Positions 28,488 to 43,310 of a DNA stretch of 64,000 nucleotides are shown one piece after another. The stretch spans positions 26,226,001-26,290,000 of the forward strand of contig CM074518.1 of the NCBI GenBank assembly GCA_037379345.1, written 5' to 3'. How positions within the stretch are numbered: the stretch's first letter is position 1; each line of letters opens with the position of its first letter. A program made the translations under genes and the position numbers. The DNA is from Perna viridis (Eukaryota). Under the pieces are notes generated by a model. The model did not search any database, was not told the origin of the DNA, and worked only from the letters and a program-made list of their open reading frames with translations.

Positions 28488-31004
28488 CTTCAAAGGAAAA
28501 TAAATTGCATTGCATTAGGCTTCGGCCTTTTTTTTGCAAGCAAATTTAGTTTTAAGGCACAGATAGGTTACAAACAAATATTGCAAAAACTACAATTGTT
28601 TTTGAAAGCTGCAAATGTTGTAATGAATCATATGCATTACTTTAGAAGGATAATTAGATGGAATTTGTATCGGTAATTTGAACAAAGTTCCTTTGATCTG
28701 TACTTACTGATGATGCTTGAATCGGCAAACGGACCTGGCAAAATCATAACTAACCATCGTAGAATCTATATATTTCTTAGAATAATCCTGACAAAAATGC
28801 ACATCAGATGTTAGCGAATCAATTCTTGTGGTATGCCAACCTTCGCATGTAAGATCGCTTCATCAAATGACGCTCGTACTAAACTTTGACAGGATCGTAT
28901 CATAAATCACGAAGATCAATGGTCATCCGAAATAGTCCCCTTTTAATGAATGGGTTTGTGCGATTCTTTCAACATATTTCATATAACGAGCATCATTTTC
29001 TTTTATAAATAGAAAATACCGATATAAGAAATAAATGAAATTTTGTTTTATATGGTGACTTCATCACAATTAATATATTGGCTCGCCCTAGCGGGCTCAG
29101 CTGATATGAACCGTAATAAAGTCACTTTCAAGAACAAAATGCCATTTATTTCTATAGTATTCAATAGAGAATGGAAATTTTCAATAGTCCATTAACATAT
29201 TTATCTTTTATCAGATTCGACGTTTTACGATCAGTACGGCGTCTGTATTGCAAGACGCATTGCCTACCTATCTGGAGTTTAACCCCGGTATATACTCTGG
29301 TTCGTGCTGCTTAATTTCAGTTAAAATGTTCTATTTTTTCTATGTTACGTATTACATGTACTAGTGTGTTGCATATCCTTTGACTTTGTGGTATCCAGTT
29401 GTTTTTGCCCTTTGATCTATTCCATTGACACTTTAGTAGTCCTACATATTTTTTTTTACATTTTATTTCTTTTATTTTTCTTTTATTTCTTTTTTTTCAT
29501 ATGTATGAATTTCATGTGATATTCTTATCTCAAATTTTGCTTTAGTTTTCATTTAGCTTTTTTTTCTATTTAGTCGTTTCTTCTGCAAGTTCTATATTTT
29601 AGTTTAATTGTTTCGAATTACTTTGTGTGTACCATTTTGTATGATGATACACGACCATGCTGTTATATTCATATTTATAAGAAAACGTTGGTCATTTAAC
29701 ATTTCATTGTGCTTGAGTTGTAAAATAAAAAGAGGCATGGTTAGACATGTAAAGGCATGGAATGTAAAATAAAAGGGTTATTAAAAAGCCCAAATATACT
29801 AACCTGACATTCTTTTTTGAATGTTGTCTAATCTAGAAAGTCTGTTTTTCTGAACCATTAGAATACAAATGTAAAGTAATATAGACGCAAAATATGTGCA
29901 CATCCCATACGATGCTGTATGTCTTATACAGTCTGAAAAAGTGATATCAATTTTTTTTTTACAAACCAATCAACTTCTATATAATGAGAAAAAAAAGTCA
30001 GCTCTAAACTTAAAGTATATATCACTATATGTTTTAAAAAAAAAACAAAATGCAAGTGAACAAAATGACGGCCGTCTGGCTGCCAAAATCTTTCTTAGCC
30101 TTTTTAAGGTATTTTTTTACTGTTCTAATGCTGGATAGGATTTGTTTGTGGTAATGGATGATTGAAGTTTTGTATGTAAACCACTTTTGCGTTAGCTTTT
30201 TTCAATAAACATGAATTCATTTTGTAGACAAAATACAGCATATTTCATTCCTACAGGAAATTATACATTCACCTGCCCTGAAGTAATGTTTATTCAAAAT
30301 CCGATCACGTGCAGACATGCATATGTTGATACTTTCAGTAAAAATGTTATAGCCAAGTAAGGTAAACAGGAGATGGTTAACGTCAGTAATGAATTATCAA
30401 ACCTTGAAACTTTAATGTCTCCTATCTTCTCATTTCTGACTTGCCATTTCAAAAATATGTACAAAAGTAATCTACTTAGATAAGCAAGTGATCTAATAGA
30501 TATGTCATAATTTTTAAATTGTTTTCAAAATAACATTATCAATTTTCGAATTATATATGCCAGAACTAGACTGCATGAATGTAGCAAATACGAATTAAAA
30601 TAGGTTTTAATCGAATATAAGAAGTGATTTATTTCCCATCAACAATTTAAACAAAATTGAAGTGTTTCAACGCATTAACATTTGTGAAAAAGGTAAAATT
30701 AAAGGTTTTTTAGACGATAATTAATAAAGTTAATGGAAAAGTTTTGTTTCCATTTTTCACAAACTTATTATGAACGTTCCAGATTCAATCAATAAGCATA
30801 TCGAAATGGTTGCACCATATCAAGGGATGGCTCTTGAGTTGCGAATTTTCTTACCATTCGTTCCGTCTTTATTCTGTGATTTATTAGATGGTATCAAACC
30901 GCCAGTATTAATGTTTAAGTCCTGAATTTTTCCTAGAAAACGTTAATTAAAGCAGTTACTTGCCTTGTATAAAATTTATCGCATATTCTAAAATGTTAAA
31001 CTTC

Positions 31005-32295
31005 TATACTCAAAACTGTCAAAGAGGGTCTGCAGTCCTACCACAACACTTGTTACTCCCGTAGTGGTATTAATTTAATGTGGATCCTGAAAAATTCGAA
31101 AGATCTTTTGAAAACAATCAGTTTAAGACTATTATCAGAATATAATAGCATTAAAACCTTTGACTTGTCAACACTGTATACTTCTATATTCCATACTCAG
31201 TTAAAATTCCGACATTATACATCGTTGTTTGTCCAAAAAGATGGTACACCTAAATACAAATATATAGTTCTTGATAGAGATTTCTCATACTTTGTAAGGA
31301 ATAATTCCAAATAATCCCCCAAATATACAGAGGAAGATGTTTACAAAATGCTGGAATTTTGGATCGACAACATATTTGTCAAGAGTGGTGGACGCGTTTT
31401 TCAACAAACGGTCGGCATTCAATTTCGAACAAATTATGCTCCTCTACTTACTCACCTGTCCTTTACTCTTATGAGGCTGACTTAATAGCTGATCTGATCC
31501 GAAAGAACGAATATCGTTTGGCTAGATCCTTTAATCTCAGTTTTCGCTATATAGATGACGTATTGTCTTTAAACTATCTTAATTTTGAGGATTTGATACA
31601 TTGCAACTATCCCAAAGAACTTCAGATACTACAGACACTGTGAAGTTACATCCATATATCTTGGCCTACACTTAGAAATCGATGGTAAAGAAAAACTACT
31701 GACCAAATTTTACGACAAACGTGGTGACTTTTCATTCAGAATTGTCAAATTTTCTTTCATCTGTGGCAACATCCCTTCAACACATGCGTATGCAGTGTTC
31801 ATATCACAACTTATACGTTCTGCCAGAGCTTGCCGATACTACGCAGACTTTTTGGCATCGCGCTAGAATTCTAACAAATAGGCTTATGGAACATTGTTAT
31901 GTTGCTACAAGATTGAAGTCATCACTACAGAAGTTTTATGGTCGTCATCATGAACTAGTGGATCGTTATGGAGTATCGATCTGCGCCATGAAAACTGATT
32001 TATTAAAGTGTCATAGTTTTCCTTTCCTCGTTTGTTTACCCCGAAAATGACTTTTTATGAGCAACTCGGTGGGTGTTTCTAGATAAACAGAGGACGCTTA
32101 CCCTACCGGTGCACCAGGTCCATGATCACAGTTTTTTGTTGTGTCCGAGTTGCTCATTTGCTTTTTTACTTTGTATGTATGATTGAAGTTACTTTATGTT
32201 CTTTGTTATGTATGTATGTTTTTCATGTGTGTTCTTTATTCCTGGATTACATTCTTTTGATTACGGCTATAACCTTGGTTCCCTTGATTATTCTT
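31005..32295 (+). mobile_element. Penelope-like retroelement, decayed RT
   Basis: MWILKNSK, FDLSTLYTSI, FRYIDDVLSLN, LKSSLQKFYGRHH; frameshifted. Confidence 0.9.
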
Positions 32296-32715
32296 TCCTA
32301 CACACTAAAGAGTCAAACGATAGACTTAATCGGAGTCATTGGTCGTCAATATATTAAATCTCACTTGATTAAAAATGTCCAAAAAGATTAATTTGAAATT
32401 TGCGTATAGTTGTAATGATAGGATACAGGTGTTACGAATATATTGGCATTGTAAGAATAACCATGTCATTAACATATTTACATTAACTAGAAAAAACATT
32501 CTTCATTAGTTGATAAAGCCTTTAAGTGTGAGCATTAAGTTTTTGACAAAGATACGAAACTAGTAAAATTCTTACTCGTATTATTGGTTGTCCACCGCGA
32601 TTTAAGGTTAAATTCGTATTGACTACCAGTTTTCTATCGAAATTTAAGAAATGAATAATATGTATGTTAGCTATTACTGAGTATTCTTCAAAGTTTAAAA
32701 TAAATATTTACAAAC

Positions 32716-33054
32716 CTTTTCTATCAAAGACTGTGACTTCAATTGATGTGTTGTGTATCTTGTTACCATGCTTACATGTCCAGTTTCCATTAACAAATTT
32801 GTCAATCGTTCCAGTTATTTTGAAAATTGTTTCTTTTGTTTTGGTATTTTGACTAATTGTGCTTTCATTGAATTTGTAGTTTGAATTACACAAAACCGAT
32901 GGATAAGGTGGAATACAGTCGGCGACTATCTTATTAGAAGGATCATAGAAAAAGACCGAGTACTGGAGGTCGTTTACTCTACATATCAGTGTTAAAGTGT
33001 TTGGTGAAACTTTCCAGTTCAGGCATATATTAATACCACATTTGGCAAACACGC
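32716..33054 (-). CDS. Cys-rich Ig-like domain exon (gene 2)
   Basis: tgtag|GC...AAAG|gtttgt, 339 nt, phase 1-1; CGINICLNWKV...LTLICRV...FFYDP...DCIPP.P..C...NGNWTCKHG. Confidence 0.78.
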
Positions 33055-33588
33055 CTACAATTAATAAACTAAATATGAGTTTTTATACATTTTATGATTT
33101 TAGATATATAAGAATTTGATGTATTTGGTACTGTAGACCCTAGTTGATACCTGCAATACAATATTTTACGGTGTATCATACAATTTATAGTAAATGCATA
33201 AATTATTATTTTCTTGCAAAGTCTGAAATGCTTGTTTCGAATCAAGCATTGTAACGTGACACACCTGTACCACATGTCTAAACTTTTATCGCATCCCTAT
33301 TTGGCTTTCTATCTCATTAAATAACGGGTTTTTCAAATAGTTTTACGGTATAACTCTCTTATTTATATGTATGAATATGTGTATATAACATTGCAAAATC
33401 TTTAACACAAAGTGTATCCCCCTCGATCAATACTCTCAGCCTATCGGCATCACATTTACCCCAATTCTAAGCCTCATACGTATTCCTTTTTTATTTCAAT
33501 TCGATACAATGTTATTGTAACAAACGTTGTTATCAATAAGCATATTGCAACATAAATTGAGCTCTTAAATAAAATATGAATATTTTAC

Positions 33589-33631
33589 CAGAAAAATGTC
33601 CAAGTGTAAATAGTCCTAATATGAACTTCAT
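33589..33631 (-). CDS. Signal-peptide first coding exon of gene 2
   Basis: MKFILGLFTLGHFS-G|gtaaaa; phase 1 splices in frame to 33054 (GVFAKC). Confidence 0.65.
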
Positions 33632-36600
33632 TCTTCCTGCAATAATCCACTTTCTAAAAATAGAATTAAGATTAAAGAGTTATAATAGATAAGTGCTTAT
33701 CACAAAGTAAAGAATTTTGTGATTCGTTCACATTTGAATACTAGGCCCAGTTCCCAATAATCCTTAATAAATTTACATCTTCATAATTAGCTGCATACAT
33801 TTTACATCCTTACTAATGGTGGTCTGCGCAAGAATTTGTTTAACGTTAGTTCTAGCCAATGGAAGTTTTGTATTTTTGTTGACTAATCTATGTTAAAAAC
33901 GTCATTAATTACCTTCCTGAATGCCTATTTTAAAAAGAGGATCGGTAAGTAATTCGCTTTTTGAACTGATCATGATTTGATACTTTGAATCGATATTTGG
34001 ATTTAAATATTCCTGTGTATATGATTCTTAGGCTTCTCCTTCGAATATATGTACAGCATACCCAACATTTGCAGTATTCATATGATTTGTACATATTTTT
34101 ATAATTGGTTATTAACTTAAAATAAAGCTAATAAATTTATAATCTTATGCAAACAATTTTATGGGCCTTACATAAGTACCAGAAGTTTCCCTTTCATATG
34201 ATATCTTATTCGGTCGGCATTTGGCCTAATCAAGTTAGAACTCATCAGAATGATCAATTCGATTGAAAGTTAACCCTATCTATTTCAACACCTACCTTGT
34301 ACATGTATCTAAAAATAAGTAAACAGATATAATGTTATATTGTACTATACATACCAAATCAATGAAATCATTTAAATTTAAAATATGATATGATGTGATC
34401 CTAAATATGATTATACGATAAGTATATCTTAAATGTAACGGTAGATTTAAAATATTTAATATAATAAAAATGGATATGGAGAATATGTCAAATAGACGAA
34501 AATCAAATCGGTAAAAAAATTATTAGCTCAAGGCCACCCATACGTCTTCAATGAACAAGAAAAAGTACACCCAGGGCAGTGTCGCATCTAGCCCCAAAAA
34601 CAGCATAATAAACAGGTACACGAAATACTTGCCCTTATATACATTTGTACTCTAGCAACATAAAAGTACAAAAGAACAAAAATACATACATTGACCAGAA
34701 TTCCTGTGCCAAATAAAATGCGTCGGGTTAAAATAATTTGTCGTGATCTCAATCTTTCCCTTTCTTGAATCTGGCCATTGGGAAATAAATATTGCACAAT
34801 AATACGGACAAAATTAATCCCGAGTCCCTTGTTGATAAAGAAATAAAGCAACTTATTACACATTACATAAATGCACAAACAAAGGACTACTAGCAGTTAC
34901 TTGACATCCCGGCTCTAGACCAGGTTGGACCTGTAAAAGGTTATGACTTTATCGTATGTAAAATCAATCCGATTTATTCCCATGCGAAGTTTAGAACCAC
35001 GGTATATCAAAAGTCAAACAAGGACACGACCCATGTTATACTGAAAACTGCAACTATAAATAGTGTGGTAGCTATTATATAAAAACCCTATGGGCGAATC
35101 AATGTTAATACCAAAATATACTATCATTAACGATTTGACAATAATATCATAACCATATCCTTTACGAATAGCCTAGTCAACGGTTTAGTATTGAATTTTC
35201 CGTGCTTGTGAGGAAAATTACCATAAATTATAGGATGACAGTAACCAACAAGTAATTATCGTTTACAAGTTCATTTGTATTCCTTGTATCGGTTGAAACA
35301 TTTTGGGAATGTTTTGCGAGCTTGTGATATCGGAAACCTTAATATAGTCATTTCTCGGTAATATAAAGATTTCTTCCGTTAAAAACCGAAAAAGTATTAC
35401 AGATACGATCTTATTGTGATATGTAACACAATATAATGGTTTCCATGAGTTGTTCATTTATATTTGTTACTTCTTACGTATTATTTTTTTTAGTTTATGT
35501 CTTTTGTAGTGTGTGTCTGTTTTCCCTGCCTGGTCTTATTCCCTGGATTACATTTTTGTGGTTTCCACTATAATATTGATTCCCGCGATTACTCTTATTA
35601 TATTTGCAACGGGAGTCTTCTGTATGTGCAAGTTTCTCAGTGATAATGGCCAGTTAACACTTTGAAATCTGACTTAGAAAATAGCATTACCAATCTAACC
35701 ATATAAGTAGTGTGCTATTCTTTTAATAAATGGTGGAAAATGTTCGAACATTCAATAATGTATTCCATTTTCCTAGATTTACGTGTCTTTATCAACAACT
35801 TATATTCAGACTAAATAACCTTATTAAGACACCCTGTTGTGTGATACCTTCGTGCACTGGGCTCTGTAACTATGACACTGTATAAATGAAAACTCTTCTT
35901 AGAAACACATAGTTTATGTGACCAAGTACAAAGCCTTTTAATGGTGCATATCGCCTATAAATGCATAACGCTTAAGAACTTCAAAATTAACCGGTATGAC
36001 AATGCAACTGGAAGTGACTGGCTTTTATTAACCTAATCCCCCAAACGTTTGTTTACGTGCCATATTTGTAGCTCGACAGAAAACCAGAAATACAAATAAT
36101 TTCGTAATGATTTAGCGTATAAAGGAGCCAGAAGGTCCGAATAAATCTAAACCAAAGCATTCTCTCGGAATGATACATTTCTATGAGAAAACGGCATAAC
36201 TATAGATAGGTTAGTAACAAAGAGAGTACAGACTGTAACAGTCTAAAAGCGTAGAAACAGTGTGCTACACACCTGAATGGCTATCAATAGAAGAAGCAAT
36301 AAACCGCGCTGATGAACTCGCTTAAATACTAAATGCCGAGTAAATTGACCAATCAAAGCGACGATTATTACTCATATGTTATTAACTCAATCTCGTTCTC
36401 AAACACATTAAGCAAAGGTAAAATACAGAGACTCAACAGTTAAATGTAAAACTCTTAACTCAGCTCACTACTGTTAATATCCATAACGAAATCATGTGAT
36501 AATCGCGTGATAATAGCAAAACCACGTGTATATGTAAACAGATTAAAAGTCACTTCCATTACATAACTATTGAATTCGTCGTTGTCAATAGCCAAGTATT

Positions 36601-37937
36601 TCCAAGTACCTAAAGGTGTTAGTAAATTTGTCTTCCAAATCGTGTTTGGAGGGTCTTTATTTATTTTAGCCATAAAAAAGGCGTACGAGACGTTCCCATG
36701 TGAATTCCAATAACTTGAAGGAAAATGTTGTCTAACAGGAATTCGAGTGCCGTAAGCATATCAAAGGTAGTATGAAAATACATATGAAAGATTGCAATTC
36801 GGTATAACAAATAAATACAACCTCTTTGGTTTGTATTTTAAATTTCAGAAATTCAGAAATAAAGAAATGATAGATATAAATACATCTAATTCAAATAATT
36901 CAGTAACTGTCCTGTGTATTCTGTCGATAATGTCAGATTTCGCATGCTTTTAATGTTGTCGAGTTATTCCCCTTGAAAACATTATGGCGTTGTTACAATA
37001 TAGTAACTACGATCTGTTCGTCTTATAATGAAAGTGAGTTGTCACAATTATAAGAAACAAATCTCTCTCATACAATGTTTTATCCAATTTCATACATTAA
37101 GCCTATTTACTAGAAGAAAACGATATTACAAAACGTCATACTACACATGATGCAGTAAGTTCATAATAAATAAACAACGGCAAATGAAGAACAAACATTT
37201 AGTCTTTAGTTTTCACATTCTAAGAGAAAAAATAATTATGTCAGTTGATATTTATCTTAAATAGAATATTTGTTTTATTTTCCATGAAGAAAAAGCCGAA
37301 ATAAAGACGAAATATACTTCAATATCATAATAAAATGTGGTTTAATCATTGTATTAAACTCATCTGTATTATGAATTATAAAATGGCATTTTCATATCAC
37401 ATCCATTATCAGCCCTAGGTAATGAGATCAGCGCGAGTGTCCTAAGGTTCGAGGGATTACAATAATCATTGGCTGATAATGCTGTCATCTTTTGTGTTTT
37501 CTATAAAACAATCGTTCCGGTATTTTATCTGACTCCATCGTAGGGATATCCTCATGACTTCTATAACTATCATGGCCCTCATCAATTACATTGACCATAT
37601 TGATGTCACTTACCATTTTTCAGCATGTTCGTTTATATTTTAGATTTGGACCAATTAAGGAAATGGCAGACATAGTGATTGCTGATAAGACGTGCGATAT
37701 AAACAGGAAGTAGTTGATTTCAAAAATCATATCATACGGCTAAGGTAATTTTTAAGATTTTATTAATAAATTCACAGCTTATCAACGGGTATTTTTATAT
37801 CTATATTTTCTATTTTCTTGTAATTGAAACATGATAAGTTCGTTTATATAATGCAAAAAACTCAAAACGATGTAAGGGATATTTCTCTACAATTTTCAAT
37901 GATTGTATTTATTATCAATCTCATTATAGGACGAAGA

Positions 37938-37992
37938 ATGTTGCTCATAAAAGTTATGTGGACATTGATACTGTTCTGTGGTAACATACAAC
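37938..37992 (+). CDS. Candidate signal-peptide exon of plus-strand Ig-like gene 3
   Basis: MLLIKVMWTLILFCGNIQ-C|gtaagt, phase 1, compatible with the downstream phase-1 Ig-like exons. Confidence 0.5.
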
Positions 37993-38039
37993 GTAAGTAG
38001 ACAAAATAACAAGATAAAACATTTTGTGAAATATTTCAA

Positions 38040-39145
38040 AGTCTACTACGATGATTGTGATATACTATGAACTGGATTTCTTAACTCCACAAGAATCCAT
38101 ACAAACAACGCTACATAGCTGAATCTGCAAAATGTACCACCAAACCTCTTTCTTAATTTTTAACTTTATACTCACAGCTGTCAAAGAGGGTCCCCAGTCC
38201 TACCACAACACTTGTTACTCCTGTATTGGTATTAATTTAATGTAGATCCTGAATAATTCGAAAGATAACCTAGAGACTCTCAATTCAAGTTCATTATCAG
38301 ACTATAATAGCATTTAAATCTACGATTTGTTTCAACACTTTATATTTCTATTCTACTTTATTCTAGTAACACTCAAAAATCCCGATTCAAAACATACATC
38401 GTTGTTTCTCCAAATAAGATGGTACAACTAGATACAAATATATAGTTCTTGGTAGAGATTCCTCATACTTTGTATAAATAAGTCCAAATCATGTGCCAAA
38501 TGTACAAAAGAAGATGTTTTCAAGATCGTGGAATATTTGTCCAGTGTGGTGGACGCTTTTTTCAAAACCGGTCGGCATTCCTATGTAACAAACTGTGCTC
38601 ATCTACTTGAGGACCTATACCTTCATTCGTATGAGGCTGACTTTATAGCTGGTCTGATGCAAGAGAAATGACATCGTTTAGCTAGATCTTTTAAAACTCA
38701 GATTCCGCAGTAGACAGTAGACTCTTTATAATTAGGCTTCTGGAAAAGGTTTCTGTAGCTGCAAGAATGAAGTCATCACTACAGAAGTTTTATGGTCGTC
38801 ATAACTCATGGATCGTTATGGTGTATCCATCTGCATCATGAAAACTAATTTGTACAACGTATTATAGTTTTCCTTTCCTCGTTTATCAACCCCGAACCTG
38901 ACTTTTTTATGAGCAATTCAGAGAGTGTTTCTAGAAAAACAGAGGTCGCTTACCCTTTCGGTGCACCTGGTCCATGCTTCCATTTTTTAGTTGAGTCCGA
39001 GTTGCTCATTTACTTTTGTTACTTTGTATGTATGATTTTAGTTACTTATGTTCTTTCTTGTGTTTGTCTATTTTCCATGTCTGGTCTTTGTCCCTGGATT
39101 ATATTCTTTTGATTTCGGCTAGAATCTTGGTTCCCTTTATTACCA
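38040..39145 (+). mobile_element. Penelope-like retroelement, decayed and internally deleted
   Basis: Clear nucleotide similarity to 31005-32295 and 62490-64000. Confidence 0.85.
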
Positions 39146-39590
39146 TCTACTACAGTTTGATTGTCGTAAATGAATACTGTTGGGAATATATGTTTATTTC
39201 ATCAAATGTGTTTTTTTTTAAATATTCAATTGGATGTGAAGAGTGGATGCTTGGAAGTCAAAATACGAAGTTGTAGCTTTCAATTCTCTTTTTGTGAAAC
39301 ATTGTTTTATACCAAAACTGTTTTACCGTTCATTCAAGTTTTCTACAAGACTTTGTATGATTTTGTCATATTGTTACCTATTGTTTGCGTTTGGGAAAAG
39401 CACAAAATGTTCAAAATTGGTTTTATAGTTCTGATTTGGTAAAAATAATTGTTCTTGAACATTAAATTAATATAAATTACAGCACTAAGTTATACCCAAA
39501 TACAACTTAACGAAATACGTTTTAACATATACCAAAGTTGATTAACCTTTGTTCATGGCAAATCGTAAATGATACTAATGACTATTCTAG

Positions 39591-39980
39591 TTTTTTTACT
39601 CATTTTTTGGCGATCCAATGCATTATTATTTCTTTTCATTGATGCATGTAATTGCTTCACAACAGATTCTTCGAGTAACTTAGTCCCTGGTTGCCTGACA
39701 TGGGAAAAACAAGGCAGAAACTTGAACTTGATTTGCAAACTCAACAACGACAAAACATCTGTTTCAATAATAGATCCTCAAGGAAATCATCGCGGCTATT
39801 GCAATATTCATTCAAAAGGCCTGAACTGTCATGCGACTTTTACCGGGGAAAATGTAGAATTTGAGGTTAACATGATGCAGATTGTCTTGTCAGTTCCGTT
39901 GAATCAACACCCAGATGATGGAGAATGGGTCTGTCACCAGGAAAAATCGTCATACACAACTACAGTCAACATAGAAGAAG
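39591..39980 (+). CDS. Cys-rich Ig-like domain exon (gene 3; alternative acceptor at 39666)
   Basis: GCLTWEKQGRNLNLICKL...IIDPQG...YC...C...DGEWVCHQ; donor GAAG|gtacat; both acceptors give phase 1-1. Confidence 0.7.
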
Positions 39981-40120
39981 GTACATTTGTAAAAGCATAT
40001 ATAATTAAAAAACAATGATGGTGAATAGTGGTTTTAAATGAAATAAATGCATCAATAAGTATATTCATGTGCTTATGTATGTAAAGTTTGATTGATATCA
40101 ATTTGTTTTATATATTTTAG

Positions 40121-40474
40121 GGATTATGGCATCTTCAGATGTCCAATTATATGGCAAAATGCACGATTATAACGGTCAGCCGTTTACTAGTATGATATGT
40201 GCATCATGCAGAGAGCCTTATGGGAATATAGCGGAATTTCAAATTAATGGACGTACAATTTCTCAAATAAGATATGACCAGAGTTCTCAAACCTGCTTCC
40301 AAAAGAATGAACATTGCAATGGAATACAATGCAAATGCACCCGTAATGGAACTGAGTTCTTTTCATTGATTGAAGCAATAAATGGTAAAAATTACTCGTG
40401 CGTAATGCAATTCGAAGACAGAGGGAAGGGCATAATGTTTAAACAAACAGCAACATTAGTAATGGACGGACAAG
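40121..40474 (+). CDS. Second Cys-rich extracellular (Ig-like) exon of gene 3
   Basis: ttttag|GG...CAAG|gtttgt, 354 nt, phase 1-1; ICASC...EFQING...C...C...CKC...YSCVMQF. Confidence 0.65.
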
Positions 40475-41689
40475 GTTTGTCATGACAGAATTAAAGTTCA
40501 CTTACTTCATTTGAAAATAGTGACACTCTATTTCTTCTGAAAATAACTTTGATTGACGACAATATTGTTGATACTTTCAATGTCATTTCCTTTTCAATGA
40601 TAACACTATTTGAATAATCAATAAATTCCCCGATTACAATTAATTTATAAGCAAAAAACAGAAGGACATACAAAAACGATTATCTGTAGTTGATCAAAAT
40701 ACACGCAAGATGTAAAACTTTAAAATTAGCCTGACATACCCTTATGTTCAATTTTGAAATTAAAAGTTGCTTCCATTTTGACTCTCACGTGATCTTGACG
40801 AGAAGAAAATACAAAACAAACACCACAATGTAGGGAAACCATGTTAAAAAAAATTCTAAAAAAAGAAACTTGCAATGTACAAAGAAACAAGCTAAAAAGC
40901 AAACAAACATGCGATGATGAAGCACAATCTAAAAATAATATAATTGTAATGCCGCACATAAGGCTTAAACATGCATGATTCAACACATTTTGATTTTAGA
41001 ATGGAAAAGAAGCCACACAGAGACTGAGATATTGAACAAGGTCGCAACAACAACCAACCATCTTCTAACAGAAATGGGTATGGGAAGGCCTCAATAACAC
41101 CTAGCTTTACTTCTTAAAGACTACTTTTTCTTTCTTCATAAACATGCATTTGAAAAATTCATATCATTGTGTCCTGTTGTATCTAGGTTTTTCTATTTTT
41201 ATCATATTTTGGAGGTCCACACGTTTCATTTTTATTACTGATTTATCATGTAAAGGTTATCATTTAGTTTACAATATCTTTAATTCATCATTATCAACAA
41301 CAAAAAATAGGTACAAAATAGGGACATTTAATAAGTCAGTTTAAGATACCTTAAGTTTTTATATGATTTTAAACTTCAAAACAAACAAAACAATTTACCA
41401 TCAAAACATACATCTGTATGGTGTCACATTTTTTTGGCTGAATTATTCCATTATGACCTTTCTTACAAGTTAACATGTTTGTCCTTTTCCAGACTTTGTA
41501 AATAAGGAAACTAAGAGAGAAGATGTGAGGAACATTTATGTTGGTATGTACGATGTAAACTGATAATCACAAACGTCAATAATGACGTGTCCTTCTAATT
41601 AAACTAGACATACAAGTTGAAATCAGCTTGGTTTTATATCATGACATTATCAAAGAATATCATTCATTGAAAAATTAATTTGTAAGTCA

Positions 41690-42226
41690 CTCATTTTATC
41701 TGTGGCAACATCCCTTCGGCACCTGCGTATGGAGTTTTCATATCACAACTCATGCGTTTTGCCAGAGCTTGCCGAAACTACGCAGACTTTTTGTATCGCG
41801 CTAGAACTCTAACAAATATGCTTCTGGATTAGGGTTATGTTGCTACAAGATTGAAGTCATCACTACAGAAGTTTTATGGTCGTCATCATGAACTCGTGGA
41901 TCGTTATGGTGTATCCATCTGCACCATGAAAACTGATTTATTCAAAGGGTCATAGTTTTCCTTTCCTCGTTTGTCTACCCCGGACTTTCTATTAGCAAAT
42001 CGGTGGGTATTTCTAGAAAAGCAGAGGACGCTTACCTTACCGGTGCACCTGGTCCATGCTTCCATTTTTCAGTGGTGAAGTTGGAGTTGCTCATTTGCTT
42101 TTGTTACTTTGTATGTATGAGTTTAGATACTTTATGTTCTTTGTTGTGTATGTCTGTTTTCCATGTCTGGTCGGTGGATAACATTCTTTTGATTACCGCT
42201 ATAATCTAGGTTCCCTTGATTACTCT
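41690..42226 (+). mobile_element. Penelope-like 3' fragment
   Basis: CGNIPSAPAYGVFISQL...KFYGRHH plus the family 3' tail. Confidence 0.85.
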
Positions 42227-42715
42227 TCCATGAGGTTGATTTTATTTATTTGTTTATTCTCTTTTTGTAGCTCGTTTTATTGTAAAAAAGGGAACGATTT
42301 TTCAGATTCGAAAAAGCGACACAAAGAAATCAATGTTAAAATGAGCAATCTTGCGCAAAATAAAAAGCCATTAGTCTTTCGTAGTGATATACTGTTCTTC
42401 CTGGAAACAACCGTTCTTTTTTATTTGAACATATATTGTAACTGAAATAAGGGGCACATCTTACAAATAATTGTAATACGACTTGCTAATTATTGTGCTA
42501 TTCAACGCAACGCAGGAACATGTTTAATCAAGATTGTTCAAGATGAAATTCGACAAAATTTGGAGTCCAGCTTCATTCATGGATGATACATATATACTTG
42601 CATTTGCTAGAAATAAAATAATTACAATTCTGAGTAAATCTTGTTCGACTAGTTTTGTCATCTCTGCTTTTTCATTCAATTGTCAGTATAATTCGATATT
42701 TTAACTATTTTGTAG

Positions 42716-42841
42716 ACTTTTTGGATGTATGGATAGTTTGTGTTGTCTTACTCATACTGGTGGTTGTAGTTTTTGTAATCACCAAGATTGGACTTCACGT
42801 AAAAGGCAACAAAAAAATAATGTTATCGACACATTCAATAT
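42716..42841 (+). CDS. Candidate transmembrane exon of gene 3
   Basis: ttgtag|AC...T|gtaagt, 126 nt, phase 1-1; VWIVCVVLLILVVVVFVIT followed by basic residues. Confidence 0.6.
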
Positions 42842-42891
42842 GTAAGTATTGAACACGATATTTTGTAACAGTAACTGTGTATGAACGAAGT

Positions 42892-43310
42892 AAAAGAGTA
42901 GTCAATGGAACCAAGGTTATAGCGGTAATCAAAAGAATGTAATCCAGGGACAAAGACCAGACATGGAAAGCAGACAAACACAACAAAGAACATAAAGTAA
43001 CTAAAATCATACATACAAAGTAACAAAAGCAAATGAGCAACTCGGATTTATATTTACATAGGCATTCGTTACTTTCGCGATTTACCAAAGTTTGGATGTT
43101 AAGTAAACATTTTCCATTGCAAGTCAAAATTATTTTTTTTAATTTTAGAAGATTATGTTTTCATGAGGAAATGACTTATCAGTTTGTATAATATTTACTT
43201 GAATGCACGGTAATTTATCTGCTCCATGCTCCCAGTTTTTAATGGAGTCCGAGTTGAGTTGTTCATTTGTTTTTGTTACTTTGTATGTATGATTTTAGTT
43301 GCTTTATGTG
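42892..43310. mobile_element. Two oppositely oriented Penelope-like 3' tails (42892-43048 minus; about 43215-43310 plus)
   Basis: Both match the family tail GAGTTGCTCATTTG...GTTACTTTGTATGTATGATTTTAG. Confidence 0.75.

Noticed and set aside
28116-28946. TTAA-flanked MITE
   Set aside because: The terminal match (AGGAGATA vs AGGGGACTA) is too short and weak to support.
26423-43127. Hydrophobic Cys-rich small ORFs (ELLICFCYFVCM...) as a membrane-peptide family
   Set aside because: They are translations of the T-rich 3' tail of the Penelope-like repeat, in inconsistent frames.
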